64,000 nt of DNA from an uncultured Iamiaceae bacterium (GTDB lineage: Bacteria > Actinomycetota > Acidimicrobiia > Acidimicrobiales > Iamiaceae): contig CAZQSU010000004.1 of the NCBI GenBank assembly GCA_964595905.1, positions 179 through 64,178 of the forward strand, in the 5' to 3' direction. Positions 29,007 through 39,978 of the stretch are shown here, piece after piece. Below the pieces are notes generated by a model. It saw nothing but the letters and a program-made list of their open reading frames with translations. It ran no database searches and was not told the DNA's origin. Position numbers and translations under genes: made by a program. How positions within the stretch are numbered: the first letter of the stretch is position 1; every line of letters starts with the position of its first letter.

Positions 29007-29609
29007 TCACTCGGCGTGTTCCACCGCACGGATCACGTGCGCGGCGCGGCGCACCGCGGACGGCAGGGTCGTGACGAATCCGGACGCCCCCGCCGAGAGC
29101 GCAACGGTGACCAGTGCGGCCGTCGCGGCCCGGTCGCTGTCCGCCGACAGATCGACGAGCCCCACGACGCCCGGCGGAATCTGCCCGAGCGCCGCGACGT
29201 CGCCGCTGACCACCACCGCATCCGTGGACGGGTTCGTCGGATCCGGGTGTGGGGTCGGCGTCGATGCGGCCATGACCCACACCGGTTCAGGCCCGGCGAT
29301 GCTCCGCCGCGGAAACGGACCGGGGCCCTTCCAGTGGAGCGCGGTGACGCCCCGGGCGAGCAGCAGGTCGATGTCCGAGACCGACCGGGCGACTCCGACG
29401 CAGCCCACACCGACGCCGGCCAGGGCCGAGGGCAACCCCTCGGTGACCGTGGCCGCGTCGGTCGCGACGAGGTCGGCACCGTGCCCGGCCGCTTCCTTGG
29501 CAGCGGTGATGAACCCGGCACCGGCACGCTCCGCGGCGTCGACGAGCGCGATCACCAAGGGCCGTCGTCGCGTGTCGAACACAGTGGTGCCGATCCGGAT
29601 CTGCACCAT
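29007..29609 (-). CDS. Hypothetical protein, weak resemblance to the pterin-binding / dihydropteroate-synthase fold
   Basis: 200 aa from ATG 29609 (MVQIRIGTTVFDT...). The C-terminus RAATAALVTVALSAGASGFVTTLPSAVRRAAHVIRAVE resembles the DHPS C-terminal helix region. The protein is too short for DHPS and the usual substrate motifs were not seen. Confidence 0.4.
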   Translation of the reverse strand: MVQIRIGTTVFDTRRRPLVIALVDAAERAGAGFITAAKEAAGHGADLVATDAATVTEGLPSALAGVGVGCVGVARSVSDIDLLLARGVTALHWKGPGPFPRRSIAGPEPVWVMAASTPTPHPDPTNPSTDAVVVSGDVAALGQIPPGVVGLVDLSADSDRAATAALVTVALSAGASGFVTTLPSAVRRAAHVIRAVEHAE

Positions 29610-29650
29610 GCCGACGTTACCGCTCCGCCGGGCAAGGTCGGGCCTCGACC

Positions 29651-31423
29651 TCATCCGCCGGTGCGGGAAGCCACGTGCACGCTGAGCACCGGCTCGGTCG
29701 CGACGACCTCGACGACGGCTCCGCCGACGCGCGTTCGCTCGCCGTCGGTGAGAACGGTCTGGGCGACGGACACGCCCGGGATTCGTCGACGGGTCAGGAT
29801 CCGGCCGACACGACAACGGTGCCGGATGATACGGATCATGGCCCGGTCGGCCGCATCACCGTGGGGTACCACCACCACGTCGGCCCGCCGCACGCGGGCG
29901 ATCGACAATCCGGCGAGCAGCGGTTCGGGCGCGACGTCACCGGTCAGCACGACCACGACCGTTCCACCCCGACGCAGGACGACGGGGCCCGAACCGTCGT
30001 GGGTGTCGGAGTGGAGCGCCCCTGCCCAGCACACGGGCGCGCACAGCGCCCCCGCGGCGAGCACGAACCCGGCGCGCCGGAGCCACGCGTGCCGCTCACG
30101 TCCCACCGCCACCACGAGACCGACCCCGACGGTGGCGGCCAGCACCGCCGCGCTTCCGAGATGGCCCAGGTCGAGCGCCGCGGTCCCCCGTGCGACCGCG
30201 TCGACCCAACCGAGCAGGAGCCGCGGCACCCACAGCGCCACGCCGGTGCCGGGCAGTCCTGCTGCGGCCACGACCAGGGCCGGGAGCCCCAGCACCATGA
30301 CCAGACCGGCGGGAAGCGCAGCCAGCAGGTTCGCGGGAACCGCAGCGACGGGCATGCCGCCGGGAAACCCGAGAAGCAGCGGCGCCACACCGAGCTGCGC
30401 GGCGACCGTGACCGCCAACGGCGCACGCAGCCACGGTGGACCCGGCAACGCGTCGGCCAGGGGCCGGGCCAGTGCCAGGATTCCCAGCGACGCGGCGACC
30501 GACAGGCCGAATCCGGTCGAGTGGACGAGGAACGGATCGGCGACCACCAGCACGGTGACCGCATACGCGAGAGTCCGCCACGACCGCACCGGCCGCCCGA
30601 GCCCCGCCGCGGTCGTGGCCACGACGGCCATCGTCGCGGCCCGCAGCACCGACGGCTCGAACCCGGTGACCAGTGCGTAGCACCCACACAGGGCGACCGT
30701 CAGCGCCCAACGCGTCCGCAGCCCGGTCCGCAGGAGCACCGGCGCCGCGAGCAGCAACACGAACGCGATGTTCTCGCCCGATGCCACGAGCAGGTGGGTC
30801 AGTCCCGAGGCACGGAAATCGGCGCGTTGCACCGCCGTCTGCCCGGAGGCGTCGCCCAGCACGAACCCCTCGAACAGGGCCCGCTGGGGCGACGAGAGCG
30901 GACGATCCAGCGATGCGATCCCCCGGCGGATGACGCCCGCGACCCGCCAGGGCAATCGGGGATGCCCGCCGGGGGCGACGTGGGTCGGATACAACCGGCC
31001 GGCGACGTGGGACCCGCGCGCCCGCGAGGTGGCCGGGTCGACGGGGGCGACCCGGCCGGTCACCTCCACGCGGTCGCCGGGGTCGGCCGCCGCGATCGCG
31101 GTGCGCGCTCGATCGGGAGCGACCAGATCGAGGTGTCGGTCTCCCGCCCGCACCTCGGCATGGACGTCGCCGTCGACGGTCGTGGCGACGTGGAGCACCT
31201 CGACCGCACCTGACCAGGAGCCCGCGCCGATCGCGAGACCGGCGGTGCTGCGTGCGGCGGCAGCGGAGGTCACCAGCGCGACCCCGACGACCAGCAGCCA
31301 CGGTCGCCGGGCCACGAAGGCGACGAGCACCACGGCGACGGCGACCACCAACCCGACGGGCACCGCGACCCACGCCCCCGCGCACGCGCCGAGGGCCAGC
31401 ACGACGGCGGTCCGATCGGTCAT
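29651..31423 (-). CDS. comEC: ComEC/Rec2 family DNA internalization channel protein
   Basis: Starts at ATG 31423 (MTDRTAVVLALGACAGAW...). The competence domain includes ASGLTHLLVASGENIAFV. The protein is polytopic with a short C-terminal remnant of the MBL domain. Confidence 0.8.
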   Translation of the reverse strand: MTDRTAVVLALGACAGAWVAVPVGLVVAVAVVLVAFVARRPWLLVVGVALVTSAAAARSTAGLAIGAGSWSGAVEVLHVATTVDGDVHAEVRAGDRHLDLVAPDRARTAIAAADPGDRVEVTGRVAPVDPATSRARGSHVAGRLYPTHVAPGGHPRLPWRVAGVIRRGIASLDRPLSSPQRALFEGFVLGDASGQTAVQRADFRASGLTHLLVASGENIAFVLLLAAPVLLRTGLRTRWALTVALCGCYALVTGFEPSVLRAATMAVVATTAAGLGRPVRSWRTLAYAVTVLVVADPFLVHSTGFGLSVAASLGILALARPLADALPGPPWLRAPLAVTVAAQLGVAPLLLGFPGGMPVAAVPANLLAALPAGLVMVLGLPALVVAAAGLPGTGVALWVPRLLLGWVDAVARGTAALDLGHLGSAAVLAATVGVGLVVAVGRERHAWLRRAGFVLAAGALCAPVCWAGALHSDTHDGSGPVVLRRGGTVVVVLTGDVAPEPLLAGLSIARVRRADVVVVPHGDAADRAMIRIIRHRCRVGRILTRRRIPGVSVAQTVLTDGERTRVGGAVVEVVATEPVLSVHVASRTGG

Positions 31424-31512
31424 CGCCCGCCAGCTCCGTCGTCGCGGAGGTCCGGCCCCCACGTCGGACCCCGGCGGTCGACCGACCCCGTCCGTCTCGC
31501 ACGCGGGGCTGC

Positions 31513-32349
31513 TCACACGGTCACACGTGCCCGCAGCTCCGCGAACTTCGCCGGCCCGATCCCCTTGACCTCGAGCAACTGGTCGACGCTGCGGAACGGA
31601 CCGTTCTTCGTCCGATGGTCGATGATCGCCTGCGCCGTGGCGGGACCGACCCCGGGCAGGGTGTCGAGTGCCGCGAGGTCGGCGGTGTTGAGGTTCACCG
31701 GACCCGACGTGGCCGCGTCGGCTGCCGTCGAGGTTCCGGGTGCGCCCGTGGCGGCGGCCCCGCCCGACGCCGGGTCGGGTGCGCCGACCACCTCGGGGAT
31801 GTCGGTCTGGCCCCGTCGGGGGACGTACACACGCTGGCCGTCGCTGAGTCGCGCGGCCCGGTCGACCCGTTCCAGATCGGCGTCCGGCCGCGGTCCGCCT
31901 GCGGCGGCGATCGCGTCGGCGACGCGGGCATCGGGGGCGACCCGCACCGGACCGGGATGCGTGACCGCGCCGGCGACGTCGACGACCAGAGCGGCCGGGG
32001 TCGTGGTCGTCGACGCCGACGTCGACGCCACCGGGGTCGCCACGGTCGACGGGCTGGCCAGGGGAACCGGTTCGGTGGCCACCGGTGCACGGGACGGACC
32101 GAACTGGACCCAGCACAACCCGCCGAGGCCCACCAGCGCGGCCACGGCGAGGACCGCCCGGGTGGCGTCGAAGCGGGGATGCCGCAGTGCGAAGCGCTCG
32201 CGGCACACCGCGAACAGTTCGGAAATCGTCGGTGGCGGTGGCAGCGGCCGATCCGGCGGCGTCATGCCACCGAGGTCGTCGTCCACGTGTTCGGGGTCTT
32301 CGTCCACGACCCACCTCCAGTGCCGTCGAGGGACCCGTCGCGGGTCCAT
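31513..32349 (-). CDS. comEA: ComEA-family DNA-binding protein (helix-hairpin-helix)
   Basis: The C-terminus VNLNTADLAALDTLPGVGPATAQAIIDHRTKNGPFRSVDQLLEVKGIGPAKF is a tandem HhH. The start is ambiguous (32349 or ATG 32265). Confidence 0.8.
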   Translation of the reverse strand: MDPRRVPRRHWRWVVDEDPEHVDDDLGGMTPPDRPLPPPPTISELFAVCRERFALRHPRFDATRAVLAVAALVGLGGLCWVQFGPSRAPVATEPVPLASPSTVATPVASTSASTTTTPAALVVDVAGAVTHPGPVRVAPDARVADAIAAAGGPRPDADLERVDRAARLSDGQRVYVPRRGQTDIPEVVGAPDPASGGAAATGAPGTSTAADAATSGPVNLNTADLAALDTLPGVGPATAQAIIDHRTKNGPFRSVDQLLEVKGIGPAKFAELRARVTV

Positions 32350-32430
32350 CCGGGTGATTCGGTGGGGGGAAGTGGGGGGTGACCCGTCAGCGTCGGGCCG
32401 GAAGGGGCCCGATCGCGGGCGGGCGTCCGC

Positions 32431-33141
32431 TCAGAACAGCGCGGCGGCGAGGTCCTTGCGGAAACGGTTCGTGCGCGGGTCATCGGGTCCCAACAACTCG
32501 AGCACGTCCAGATATTCCTGTCGGGCCGCATCGTCCTGCGCGACCCGGCCCAGCAGCGCGCCCAGGCGTTCGCTGACGTCGTCGCCGACCTCGTCGTCGG
32601 CACCGACCCGGGCCAGTGCGGCGATGCGCCGTACCTCGGCGGTCTCGGGCACCCGGGCCAGCAACGCCAGCGCCTCGTCAGCTCGGCCGTCGCCGACGAG
32701 CAGTTCGGCGAGCGCGGTGGTCGCATCGGCGTGATCGGGGGCGATCTCGAGGATGCGCCGCAGTGATGCCTCGTCGCCGCGGGCGAGGAGCGCGGCCAAC
32801 TCGCGATCCGAAGCGCTCGGCCGTAGCTTCTGGACGAACGCGGTCACCTCAGCGGCGGGTCGTGCCCCGAGGAACGCGTCGACCACCTTCGCGTCCTTCA
32901 TGGCGAACACGGCCGGGATCGACTGCACCTTGAACGCGTTCGCGACCGCCGGGTTCTCGTCGATGTCGACCTTGGCGAGGACGACGTCACCGTCGGTCGC
33001 AGCGACCGCGTCGGTCAGGATCGGACCGAGCTGACGACACGGCCCACACCAGGGCGCCCACAGGTCGATGACCACCGGCGTGGTGCGGGAGCGCTCGACG
33101 ACCTCGGTCTCGAAGGTCGCATCGGTCACGTCGATCGTCAC
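32431..33141 (-). CDS. Thioredoxin-domain protein with C-terminal TPR-like region (YbbN/CnoX-type)
   Basis: Starts at GTG 33141 (VTIDVTDATFETEVV...). It has a WCGPC active site followed by a helical repeat region. The upstream 428 aa of track ORF 32431..34428 are antisense to the + kinase gene. Confidence 0.75.
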   Translation of the reverse strand: MTIDVTDATFETEVVERSRTTPVVIDLWAPWCGPCRQLGPILTDAVAATDGDVVLAKVDIDENPAVANAFKVQSIPAVFAMKDAKVVDAFLGARPAAEVTAFVQKLRPSASDRELAALLARGDEASLRRILEIAPDHADATTALAELLVGDGRADEALALLARVPETAEVRRIAALARVGADDEVGDDVSERLGALLGRVAQDDAARQEYLDVLELLGPDDPRTNRFRKDLAAALF

Positions 33142-33339
33142 GGTCCCAGAGGCTACCGCTCGCTGCGAGCGATACCACCGCCGTCGAGCCCCGAGGCACC
33201 CTTCACTCCCGCCGGTCGCGCACACCCTGGTCGAACCCCGGATCTTCGAGCGTTCCGGTGTGGTCGCCGCCACCCCACGGGCGCGTGGAAAGGCGGTCCG
33301 GGTGTCCGCCGCCCGGCCGGTCTGGGTAGCGTTGGGGCC

Positions 33340-34383
33340 GTGAACGAGCCGAACACGCCAGCCGGAATCGACGGTCCCGCCATCACCCGATGGCTCGGCG
33401 AGCGCGTCCCGGTGCACGAGCCCCTGCGCTTCTCGCTGATCAGTGGCGGACGGTCGAACCTGACCTTCGACGTGACCGATGCCGCAGGAGGCCATTGGGT
33501 GCTGCGTCGACCCCCGATCGGCCACGTCCTCGCGACGGCCCACGACATGGAACGCGAGCACCGCATCATCGCCGCGCTCCGCGACACGCCCGTGCCCGTC
33601 CCCCCCACCGTCGACCTGTGCACCGACACCGAGGTCAACGACGCCCCGTTCTTCGTGATGGACTACGTCGACGGTCTGATCCTGCGTGACCGTGCGACCG
33701 CGGAGAAACTCGACGAACCGGCCCGGGTGGCCGCCGGCACGGATCTCATCGACGTGCTCGCCGCCATCCATGCCGTCGACCCCGACGAGGTCGGGCTGGG
33801 CGACCTCGGACGACGTGAGCACTACGTCGAACGCCAGCTCAAGCGCTGGCACGGTCAATGGGAGCGCTCCGCGTACACCCATGTCACGGGCATCGACGAC
33901 GTGCACCGTCGTCTCAGCGCGGACGTTCCCGAACAGCACGAGTCGACGATCGTCCACGGCGACTACCGCCTCGACAACTGCATCGTCACCCCGGACGGTC
34001 GGGTCGCGGCGGTGCTCGACTGGGAGCTGTGCACGCTCGGCGACCCGCTCGCCGACATCGGTCTGCTGCTGGTGTACTGGTCGGAGCGCACCGACGGTTT
34101 CTCCGCGCTTCCCGAGTCGCCCACGACGGTCCCGGGCTTTGCCTCCCGTGCGCAGATCACCGAACGGTACGCGCAGGCCTCTGGGCGACAGGTCGACGAG
34201 GTCGACTACTACGTGGCGCTCGGGTACTGGAAGCTCGCCTGCATCCTGGCCGGCGTGGCCACCCGCTACGCGGACGGTCAGATGGGTGACGACGACGCGA
34301 CAGGTCTCGCCGAACTGTTCGGCGCGCAGATCGTGAACCTCGTCGGTGCCGCGGACGCCGCGGCGGGCCGGGCGGGGCGATGA
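33340..34383 (+). CDS. Phosphotransferase (APH / choline-kinase-like) family protein
   Basis: 347 aa. The catalytic motif is IVHGDYRLDNCIV (HGDxxxxN), followed by DWELCTLGDPLAD. Confidence 0.8.
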   Translation: MNEPNTPAGIDGPAITRWLGERVPVHEPLRFSLISGGRSNLTFDVTDAAGGHWVLRRPPIGHVLATAHDMEREHRIIAALRDTPVPVPPTVDLCTDTEVNDAPFFVMDYVDGLILRDRATAEKLDEPARVAAGTDLIDVLAAIHAVDPDEVGLGDLGRREHYVERQLKRWHGQWERSAYTHVTGIDDVHRRLSADVPEQHESTIVHGDYRLDNCIVTPDGRVAAVLDWELCTLGDPLADIGLLLVYWSERTDGFSALPESPTTVPGFASRAQITERYAQASGRQVDEVDYYVALGYWKLACILAGVATRYADGQMGDDDATGLAELFGAQIVNLVGAADAAAGRAGR

Positions 34384-35255
34384 CCGGCCTCTACGACTTC
34401 GAACAGGACCCGGGGCTGCTCGATCCACCGCTGGTGCTCGGTCTGGACGGCTGGATCGACGCCGGCATGGGAGCCGGCGGGGCGACCGCGACGCTTCTCG
34501 AGAGCCATGCGACCTCGCTCGTGGCCACGTTCGACACCGACCAGCTTCTCGATCACCGGGCCCGTCGACCCACGATGGTGCTCGAGGACGGGGTGATCCG
34601 CGACCTGCGCTGGCCCCGCATCGAGCTGCGCGCCGGCACCGACAGCAAGGGCAACGGGATGCTGTTGCTCGTCGGGGCGGAACCCGACCACCTGTGGCAC
34701 GCGTTCACCGAATCGGTCGTCGACCTCGCCCTGGAACTCGGCGCACGGATGGTCGTCGGGCTCGGCGCCTACCCCGCGCCGGTGCCCCACACCCGCCCGG
34801 TGCAGCTCTCGTGCACCGCCTCGTCCGACGAGCTGGCCGCCCGGATCGGGTTCCTGCGGGGTTCCCTCGAGGTACCCGCGGGGGTCCAGGCCGCGATCGA
34901 ACAACACGCCCACTCCGTGGGGATCCCGGCGGTGGGCGCGTGGGCGCAGGTGCCCCACTACACCGCCGCGATGCCGTACCCGGCGGCGAGCCTCGCGTTG
35001 ATCGAAGCGACCGCGGAGCTGACCGGGCTCAGCCTCGACACGGGCGACCTGGCCTCCGAAGCCAGTGCGACGAGCGCCCGCATCGACGAGTTGGTCCAGG
35101 GCAACGAGGAGCACGCCGCGATGGTCCATGCGCTCGAACTGCAGGCCGACGCGACCCCCTCGCCGGCCGACCTGCCCTCCGGCGACGAACTGGCCGCGGA
35201 ACTCGAACGCTTCCTGCGCGACCAGCCGCCGGGTTCGTCGGGCGCGCCGGGCTGA
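34380..35255 (+). CDS. PAC2 (proteasome assembly chaperone 2-like) family protein
   Basis: The N-terminus LDPPLVLGLDGWIDAGMGAGGATATLL is typical of bacterial PAC2 proteins. Its ATG overlaps the preceding stop (ATGA at 34380-34383). Confidence 0.7.
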   Translation: MTGLYDFEQDPGLLDPPLVLGLDGWIDAGMGAGGATATLLESHATSLVATFDTDQLLDHRARRPTMVLEDGVIRDLRWPRIELRAGTDSKGNGMLLLVGAEPDHLWHAFTESVVDLALELGARMVVGLGAYPAPVPHTRPVQLSCTASSDELAARIGFLRGSLEVPAGVQAAIEQHAHSVGIPAVGAWAQVPHYTAAMPYPAASLALIEATAELTGLSLDTGDLASEASATSARIDELVQGNEEHAAMVHALELQADATPSPADLPSGDELAAELERFLRDQPPGSSGAPG

Positions 35256-35271
35256 GCGCGGACCTCCGGGT

Positions 35272-36927
35272 TCAGCCGGCCGTCCGGGCCGACGGGTACT
35301 CGTCGGCGAGGTACCGACTGCGACACAGTGAGCGTTGGAGCTTGCCCGACGAGGTCTTCGGGAGCGTGCCCGCGGGCACGAGCACGATCTCACGCGCGGC
35401 CAGGCCCACCGCGTCCTTGACCGCACGGGCGACCTGCAGGCGGAGTTCGTCCGCGTCGTCCGAGCGCGTCTCGGCGACCACGACGAGGCCGGGCCGGTGG
35501 CCGGTGTCGCAGGCGAAGGCGATCACGTTGCCGGCCCTGACGTCGTCGATCTCGGCCACGGCGATCTCGATGTCCTCGGGGAAGACGTTGCGCCCGGCGA
35601 CGATGATCAGGTCCTTGATGCGACCACACACCACCAGTTCGCCGTCGACCGCGTAGGCGAGGTCGCCGGTGCGCAGCCACCCGTCGACGAACCGCTCGAC
35701 GTCGACGTCGTCGCGGCGGTAGTAGCCGGTGGTCACCGAGGTGCCACGAAGTTGCAGCTCACCCACCTCGCGTTCACCCATCGGCGCCCCGGTCTCGGTG
35801 TCGACGATCCGCATCTCCAGGCCGGGTACCGGGCGGCCGAGCCGCGCGAACGACCGGGCACCCTCCGCGCCGGCGTCGACCGGTGCGGCGTAGCGTTCGG
35901 TCTCGAGCACCCGCTGGTCGACGGTGTCGACGACCACCCCGGTGAGCGGCTCGCCGAAGGTTCCGGCGATGCCGACCTCGGCCATGCCGAAGGCCGGGAA
36001 CACGCATTCGGGCCGCAGCCCGTGACGTGCCCCGGCGGTCACGAACCGTTCCACGGCGGCGGTGTCGACCGGTTCGGCACCGTTGATCGCGAGGCGCAGC
36101 TTCGACAGGTCGAGCCCGTCGAGGCGTTCCATCGCCCGGGCCGCGAGGACGTACGCGAAGTTCGGCGCGGCGGTCAGGGTGCCGCCGTGGTCGGACAGCC
36201 ACTGCACCCACCGCGACGGCGATGCCATGAAGTCCTGCGGGGCCGCGAGCACCAGTTCGTTGCCGAAGGCCATGGCGGTGGTCAGGATCCCGACGAGTCC
36301 CATGTCGTGGTACAGCGGCAGCCACGACACGAACACGTCGGGGCCTTCCTGGTCGAGCCGACCGGCAGTGGTGAGCGCGTCCAGGTTGGCCAGCAGCGTC
36401 CGCTCGGGAAGCATGACGCCCTTGGGGTCAGAGGTCGACCCGCTGGTGTACTGCAGGATCGCCAGGCGGTCGGGGTCGTCCGGGGGCGCCACCCAGCCGT
36501 CCGCGGCGTGCGCGATCAGCGCGTCGAAGCTGACCCGGGCCGGGTCGCCGGGCTGGTCGTCCATGAACGGTGCGAGCTGCTCGTCGATCACCAACAGGCG
36601 GACGTCCGCGTCGATCACGCGCTTGCGGGTCTGGGCGACGAACGCCTCGAGCGAGCTCATCCGCATGGGAAGGGGCAACACCACCACGGTCGCTCCGGCG
36701 AGCCACACGGCTCGGATGGTGGTGACCAGTTTTCGGCTGGTTGGCCCCAGCAACGCGACGTGGTCGCCCACCCCGACCCCGTGGGCGGCGAGCGCCACCG
36801 CGGTTCGGGTCGCGTCGTCGTGGAGTTCGGCCCAGCTGAGGCGGACCGTCGGGTCTTCACAGACGAACGTCACCCCCCGGTCGGTCGAGGTTGCGGCGTG
36901 CTCGAGTCTTCTCACCAGGTTTCGCAT
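35272..36927 (-). CDS. AMP-dependent acyl synthetase/ligase (fatty acyl-AMP ligase-like)
   Basis: Starts at ATG 36927 (MRNLVRRLEH...). The AMP-binding motif is ILQYTSGSTSDPKGV. Also present are GYYRR, TGDLA and the C-terminal PKTSSGKLQR. Confidence 0.8.
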   Translation of the reverse strand: MRNLVRRLEHAATSTDRGVTFVCEDPTVRLSWAELHDDATRTAVALAAHGVGVGDHVALLGPTSRKLVTTIRAVWLAGATVVVLPLPMRMSSLEAFVAQTRKRVIDADVRLLVIDEQLAPFMDDQPGDPARVSFDALIAHAADGWVAPPDDPDRLAILQYTSGSTSDPKGVMLPERTLLANLDALTTAGRLDQEGPDVFVSWLPLYHDMGLVGILTTAMAFGNELVLAAPQDFMASPSRWVQWLSDHGGTLTAAPNFAYVLAARAMERLDGLDLSKLRLAINGAEPVDTAAVERFVTAGARHGLRPECVFPAFGMAEVGIAGTFGEPLTGVVVDTVDQRVLETERYAAPVDAGAEGARSFARLGRPVPGLEMRIVDTETGAPMGEREVGELQLRGTSVTTGYYRRDDVDVERFVDGWLRTGDLAYAVDGELVVCGRIKDLIIVAGRNVFPEDIEIAVAEIDDVRAGNVIAFACDTGHRPGLVVVAETRSDDADELRLQVARAVKDAVGLAAREIVLVPAGTLPKTSSGKLQRSLCRSRYLADEYPSARTAG

Positions 36928-37062
36928 CGGGGGTGAGACCACGTTCGGGGGTCGGAGGTTACGTCGCCGTCGGTGGCGACTACGAGACACCCGTCACACC
37001 GACGGCACGACGGCGGATTCCGAGACCCGACCCGGCCGGGCGGGAGCACTACCGTGCATCCC

Positions 37063-39978
37063 ATGGCCGAGCAACCGCACGCGACGTCCAGCGACGACAC
37101 CCCGCCCCACCGGTACGACGCCGCGCTCGCCGGGACCATCGAGACGAAATGGCAGCAGCGCTGGGCCGACGAGGGCACGTTCGACGCGCCCAACCCGACC
37201 GGCGCGTTGTCGGAGGGCTTCGAGCGGGTGGCCGACCGCACCAGGTTCTTCGCGCTCGACATGTTCCCGTATCCGAGCGGTTCTGGGCTGCACGTGGGTC
37301 ACCCGCTCGGCTACATCGGCACCGACGTGTACGCGCGCTATCAGCGCATGACCGGCCACAACGTGTTGCACACGATGGGCTACGACGCGTTCGGGCTGCC
37401 CGCCGAGCAGTATGCCATCGAGACCGGCCAGCATCCCCGGGTCACGACCGAAGCGAACATCGCGAACATGTCGCGTCAGTTGGCCCGTCTGGGTCTGGGA
37501 CACGACCGCAGACGCGTGCTGGCCACCACCGACGTGGGCTACTACCGGTGGACCCAGTGGATCTTCCTCCAGCTGTTCGAGTCGTTCTACGACACCGGGG
37601 CCGGCCAGGCGCGGCCGATCGCCGAGCTGGTCGCCGAACTCGATGCAGGCGACCGCGAACCCGACGATCACACGCTGCCCGCGGGCACGACCTGGGCGGA
37701 TCTGGACGCTGCCGACCGGCGACGGGTGATCGACGCCCACCGGCTCGCGTACGTGTCGGAGGCGCCGGTGAACTGGTGCACGGGACTGGGAACGGTGCTG
37801 GCGAACGAGGAGGTCAACGCCGAGGGGCGCTCCGAACGCGGCAACTTCCCGGTGGAACGTCGCCCGTTGCGCCAGTGGATGTTGCGGATCACCGCCTACG
37901 CGGAGCGGCTGCTCGACGATCTCGATCTGTTGGACTGGCCCGAGCCGATCAAGCTGATGCAGCGCAACTGGATCGGACGCTCCACCGGCGCGACGGTGGC
38001 CTTCGCCGCCGACGGTGGCGACCCGTCGAGCGAGGTGTTCACCACCCGCCCAGACCCGCTGTTCGGTGCGACCTACGTGGTGCTGGCGCCCGAACACGAC
38101 CTGGTCGACGCCTTCACCGCGACCGTGTGGCCCGAGGGCACCCCGAACGAGTGGACCGGTGGCGCGGCCGACCCGAAGACGGCGGTCGACGCCTACCGCA
38201 CGGCCACGGCGCGTCGCTCCGAGCGCGACCGGCAGGCCGAGTCGCGCACCAAGACCGGCGTGTTCACCGGAACCTTCGCCATCAATCCGGTCAACGGCGA
38301 CCCCGTGCCGGTGTTCATCGCGGACTACGTGTTGACCGGCTACGGCACCGGGGCGATCATGGCCGTGCCCGCCCACGACGAGCGGGACTTCGCGTTCGCG
38401 AAGGCCTTCGGGTTGGGGATCGTCGAAGTGGTGCACCCGCCGTCGTCGTGGTTCGCCGAGCACGGTCTCGACGACGGTGCGCCGGTCGAGCAGTGGCCCG
38501 GTGCGTTCACCGGGGAGGGCACCGCGACCGCGTCGGCGAACGACGACGTGTCGCTCGACGGTCTGGCCGTGCCCGATGCGAAGGCGGCGATCACCGGCTG
38601 GCTGGGTGTGCAGGGCACCGGTCGGTCGACGGTCACCTACAAGTTGCGCGACTGGTTGTTCTCGCGCCAGCGCTACTGGGGCGAACCCTTTCCGATCGTC
38701 TGGGACGACGACGGGTTCGCCCACGCGGTGCCTGCCGACCAGCTCCCGGTGACCCTGCCCGAGATCGACGACTTCACCCCCCGGGTGTCCGACGATCCCG
38801 ACGCGCTGCCCGAGCCGCCGCTCGCGCGGGCCGACGACTGGGTGAAGGTCAGCCTGGATCTGGGCGACGGGCCGCGCACCTACCGGCGCGAGACCAACAC
38901 GAGGCCCCAGTGGGCCGGGTCGTGCTGGTACGAGTTGCGCTATCTGGACCCGCACAACGACGACGCGTTCGTCGATCCCGAGATCGAGGCCTACTGGATG
39001 GGTCCCCGCTCGCCGGGTGACTCGGGCGGCGTCGACCTGTACGTCGGCGGCGTCGAGCACGCGGTGCTGCATCTGCTCTATGCCCGGTTCTGGCACAAGG
39101 TGCTCTACGACCTGGGCCACGTCTCGTCGGTCGAGCCGTTCCACCGGTTGTTCAACCAGGGCTATGTGCAGGCGTACGCGTTCACCGACGACCGGGGCTT
39201 CCACGTGCCCGCTGCGGAGGTGGTCGAAGGAGACGACGGCACGTTCACCCACGACGGGGCGCCGGTGCACCGTGAGTACGGCAAGATGGGCAAGAGTCTG
39301 AAGAACTCGGTCACGCCCGACGAGATGTACGAGGCGTACGGCGCCGACACGCTGCGGCTGTACGAGATGTTCACCGGCCCCTTCGACCAGAGCCGTCCCT
39401 GGCACACCCGCGACGTGATCGGCGTGCACCGGTTGCTGCAGCGCATCTGGCGCAACGTGGTCGACGAGCACTCCGGTGAGGTGACCGTCACCGACGGCGC
39501 GGTCGATGACGACACGCTGCGGGCGCTGCACCAGATGCTCGACGCGGCCGCCGACGGCTACGAGTCGTTGCGGTTCAACACGGTGGTCGCCCGCATCACC
39601 GAGTACAACAACCATCTGATCGGTCGCTTCGACGGTGGGGTGCCCCGCGCCGCGGTGGAGCCGATGGTGCTCGCGCTCGCGCCGCTGGCGCCGCATGTCG
39701 CCGAGGAGCTCTGGGAACGGCTCGGCCACGATGCGTCGCTGGCCTGGCACGACTTCCCGGTCGCCGATCCGGCGCTGCTGGTGGCCGAGACCGTCGAGAT
39801 CCCGGTACAGATCAACGGCAAGGTCCGCAGCCACATCACGGTTGCTCCCGACGCCTCGCCCGCCGATCTGGAGGCGGCGGCCCGGGCCGATGCGCGGATC
39901 GCCGAGCTTCTCGACGGCGCCGAGGTCACCCGGGTGATCGCGGTGCCGGGCCGGATGGTCAACCTGGTGGTGAAGTGA
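37063..39978 (+). CDS. leuS: Leucine--tRNA ligase
   Basis: Starts at ATG 37063 ([10 protein letters not shown]...). HIGH-type motif [21 protein letters not shown]-type motif KMGKSLKN, 971 aa. Confidence 0.95.
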   Translation: MAEQPHATSSDDTPPHRYDAALAGTIETKWQQRWADEGTFDAPNPTGALSEGFERVADRTRFFALDMFPYPSGSGLHVGHPLGYIGTDVYARYQRMTGHNVLHTMGYDAFGLPAEQYAIETGQHPRVTTEANIANMSRQLARLGLGHDRRRVLATTDVGYYRWTQWIFLQLFESFYDTGAGQARPIAELVAELDAGDREPDDHTLPAGTTWADLDAADRRRVIDAHRLAYVSEAPVNWCTGLGTVLANEEVNAEGRSERGNFPVERRPLRQWMLRITAYAERLLDDLDLLDWPEPIKLMQRNWIGRSTGATVAFAADGGDPSSEVFTTRPDPLFGATYVVLAPEHDLVDAFTATVWPEGTPNEWTGGAADPKTAVDAYRTATARRSERDRQAESRTKTGVFTGTFAINPVNGDPVPVFIADYVLTGYGTGAIMAVPAHDERDFAFAKAFGLGIVEVVHPPSSWFAEHGLDDGAPVEQWPGAFTGEGTATASANDDVSLDGLAVPDAKAAITGWLGVQGTGRSTVTYKLRDWLFSRQRYWGEPFPIVWDDDGFAHAVPADQLPVTLPEIDDFTPRVSDDPDALPEPPLARADDWVKVSLDLGDGPRTYRRETNTRPQWAGSCWYELRYLDPHNDDAFVDPEIEAYWMGPRSPGDSGGVDLYVGGVEHAVLHLLYARFWHKVLYDLGHVSSVEPFHRLFNQGYVQAYAFTDDRGFHVPAAEVVEGDDGTFTHDGAPVHREYGKMGKSLKNSVTPDEMYEAYGADTLRLYEMFTGPFDQSRPWHTRDVIGVHRLLQRIWRNVVDEHSGEVTVTDGAVDDDTLRALHQMLDAAADGYESLRFNTVVARITEYNNHLIGRFDGGVPRAAVEPMVLALAPLAPHVAEELWERLGHDASLAWHDFPVADPALLVAETVEIPVQINGKVRSHITVAPDASPADLEAAARADARIAELLDGAEVTRVIAVPGRMVNLVVK

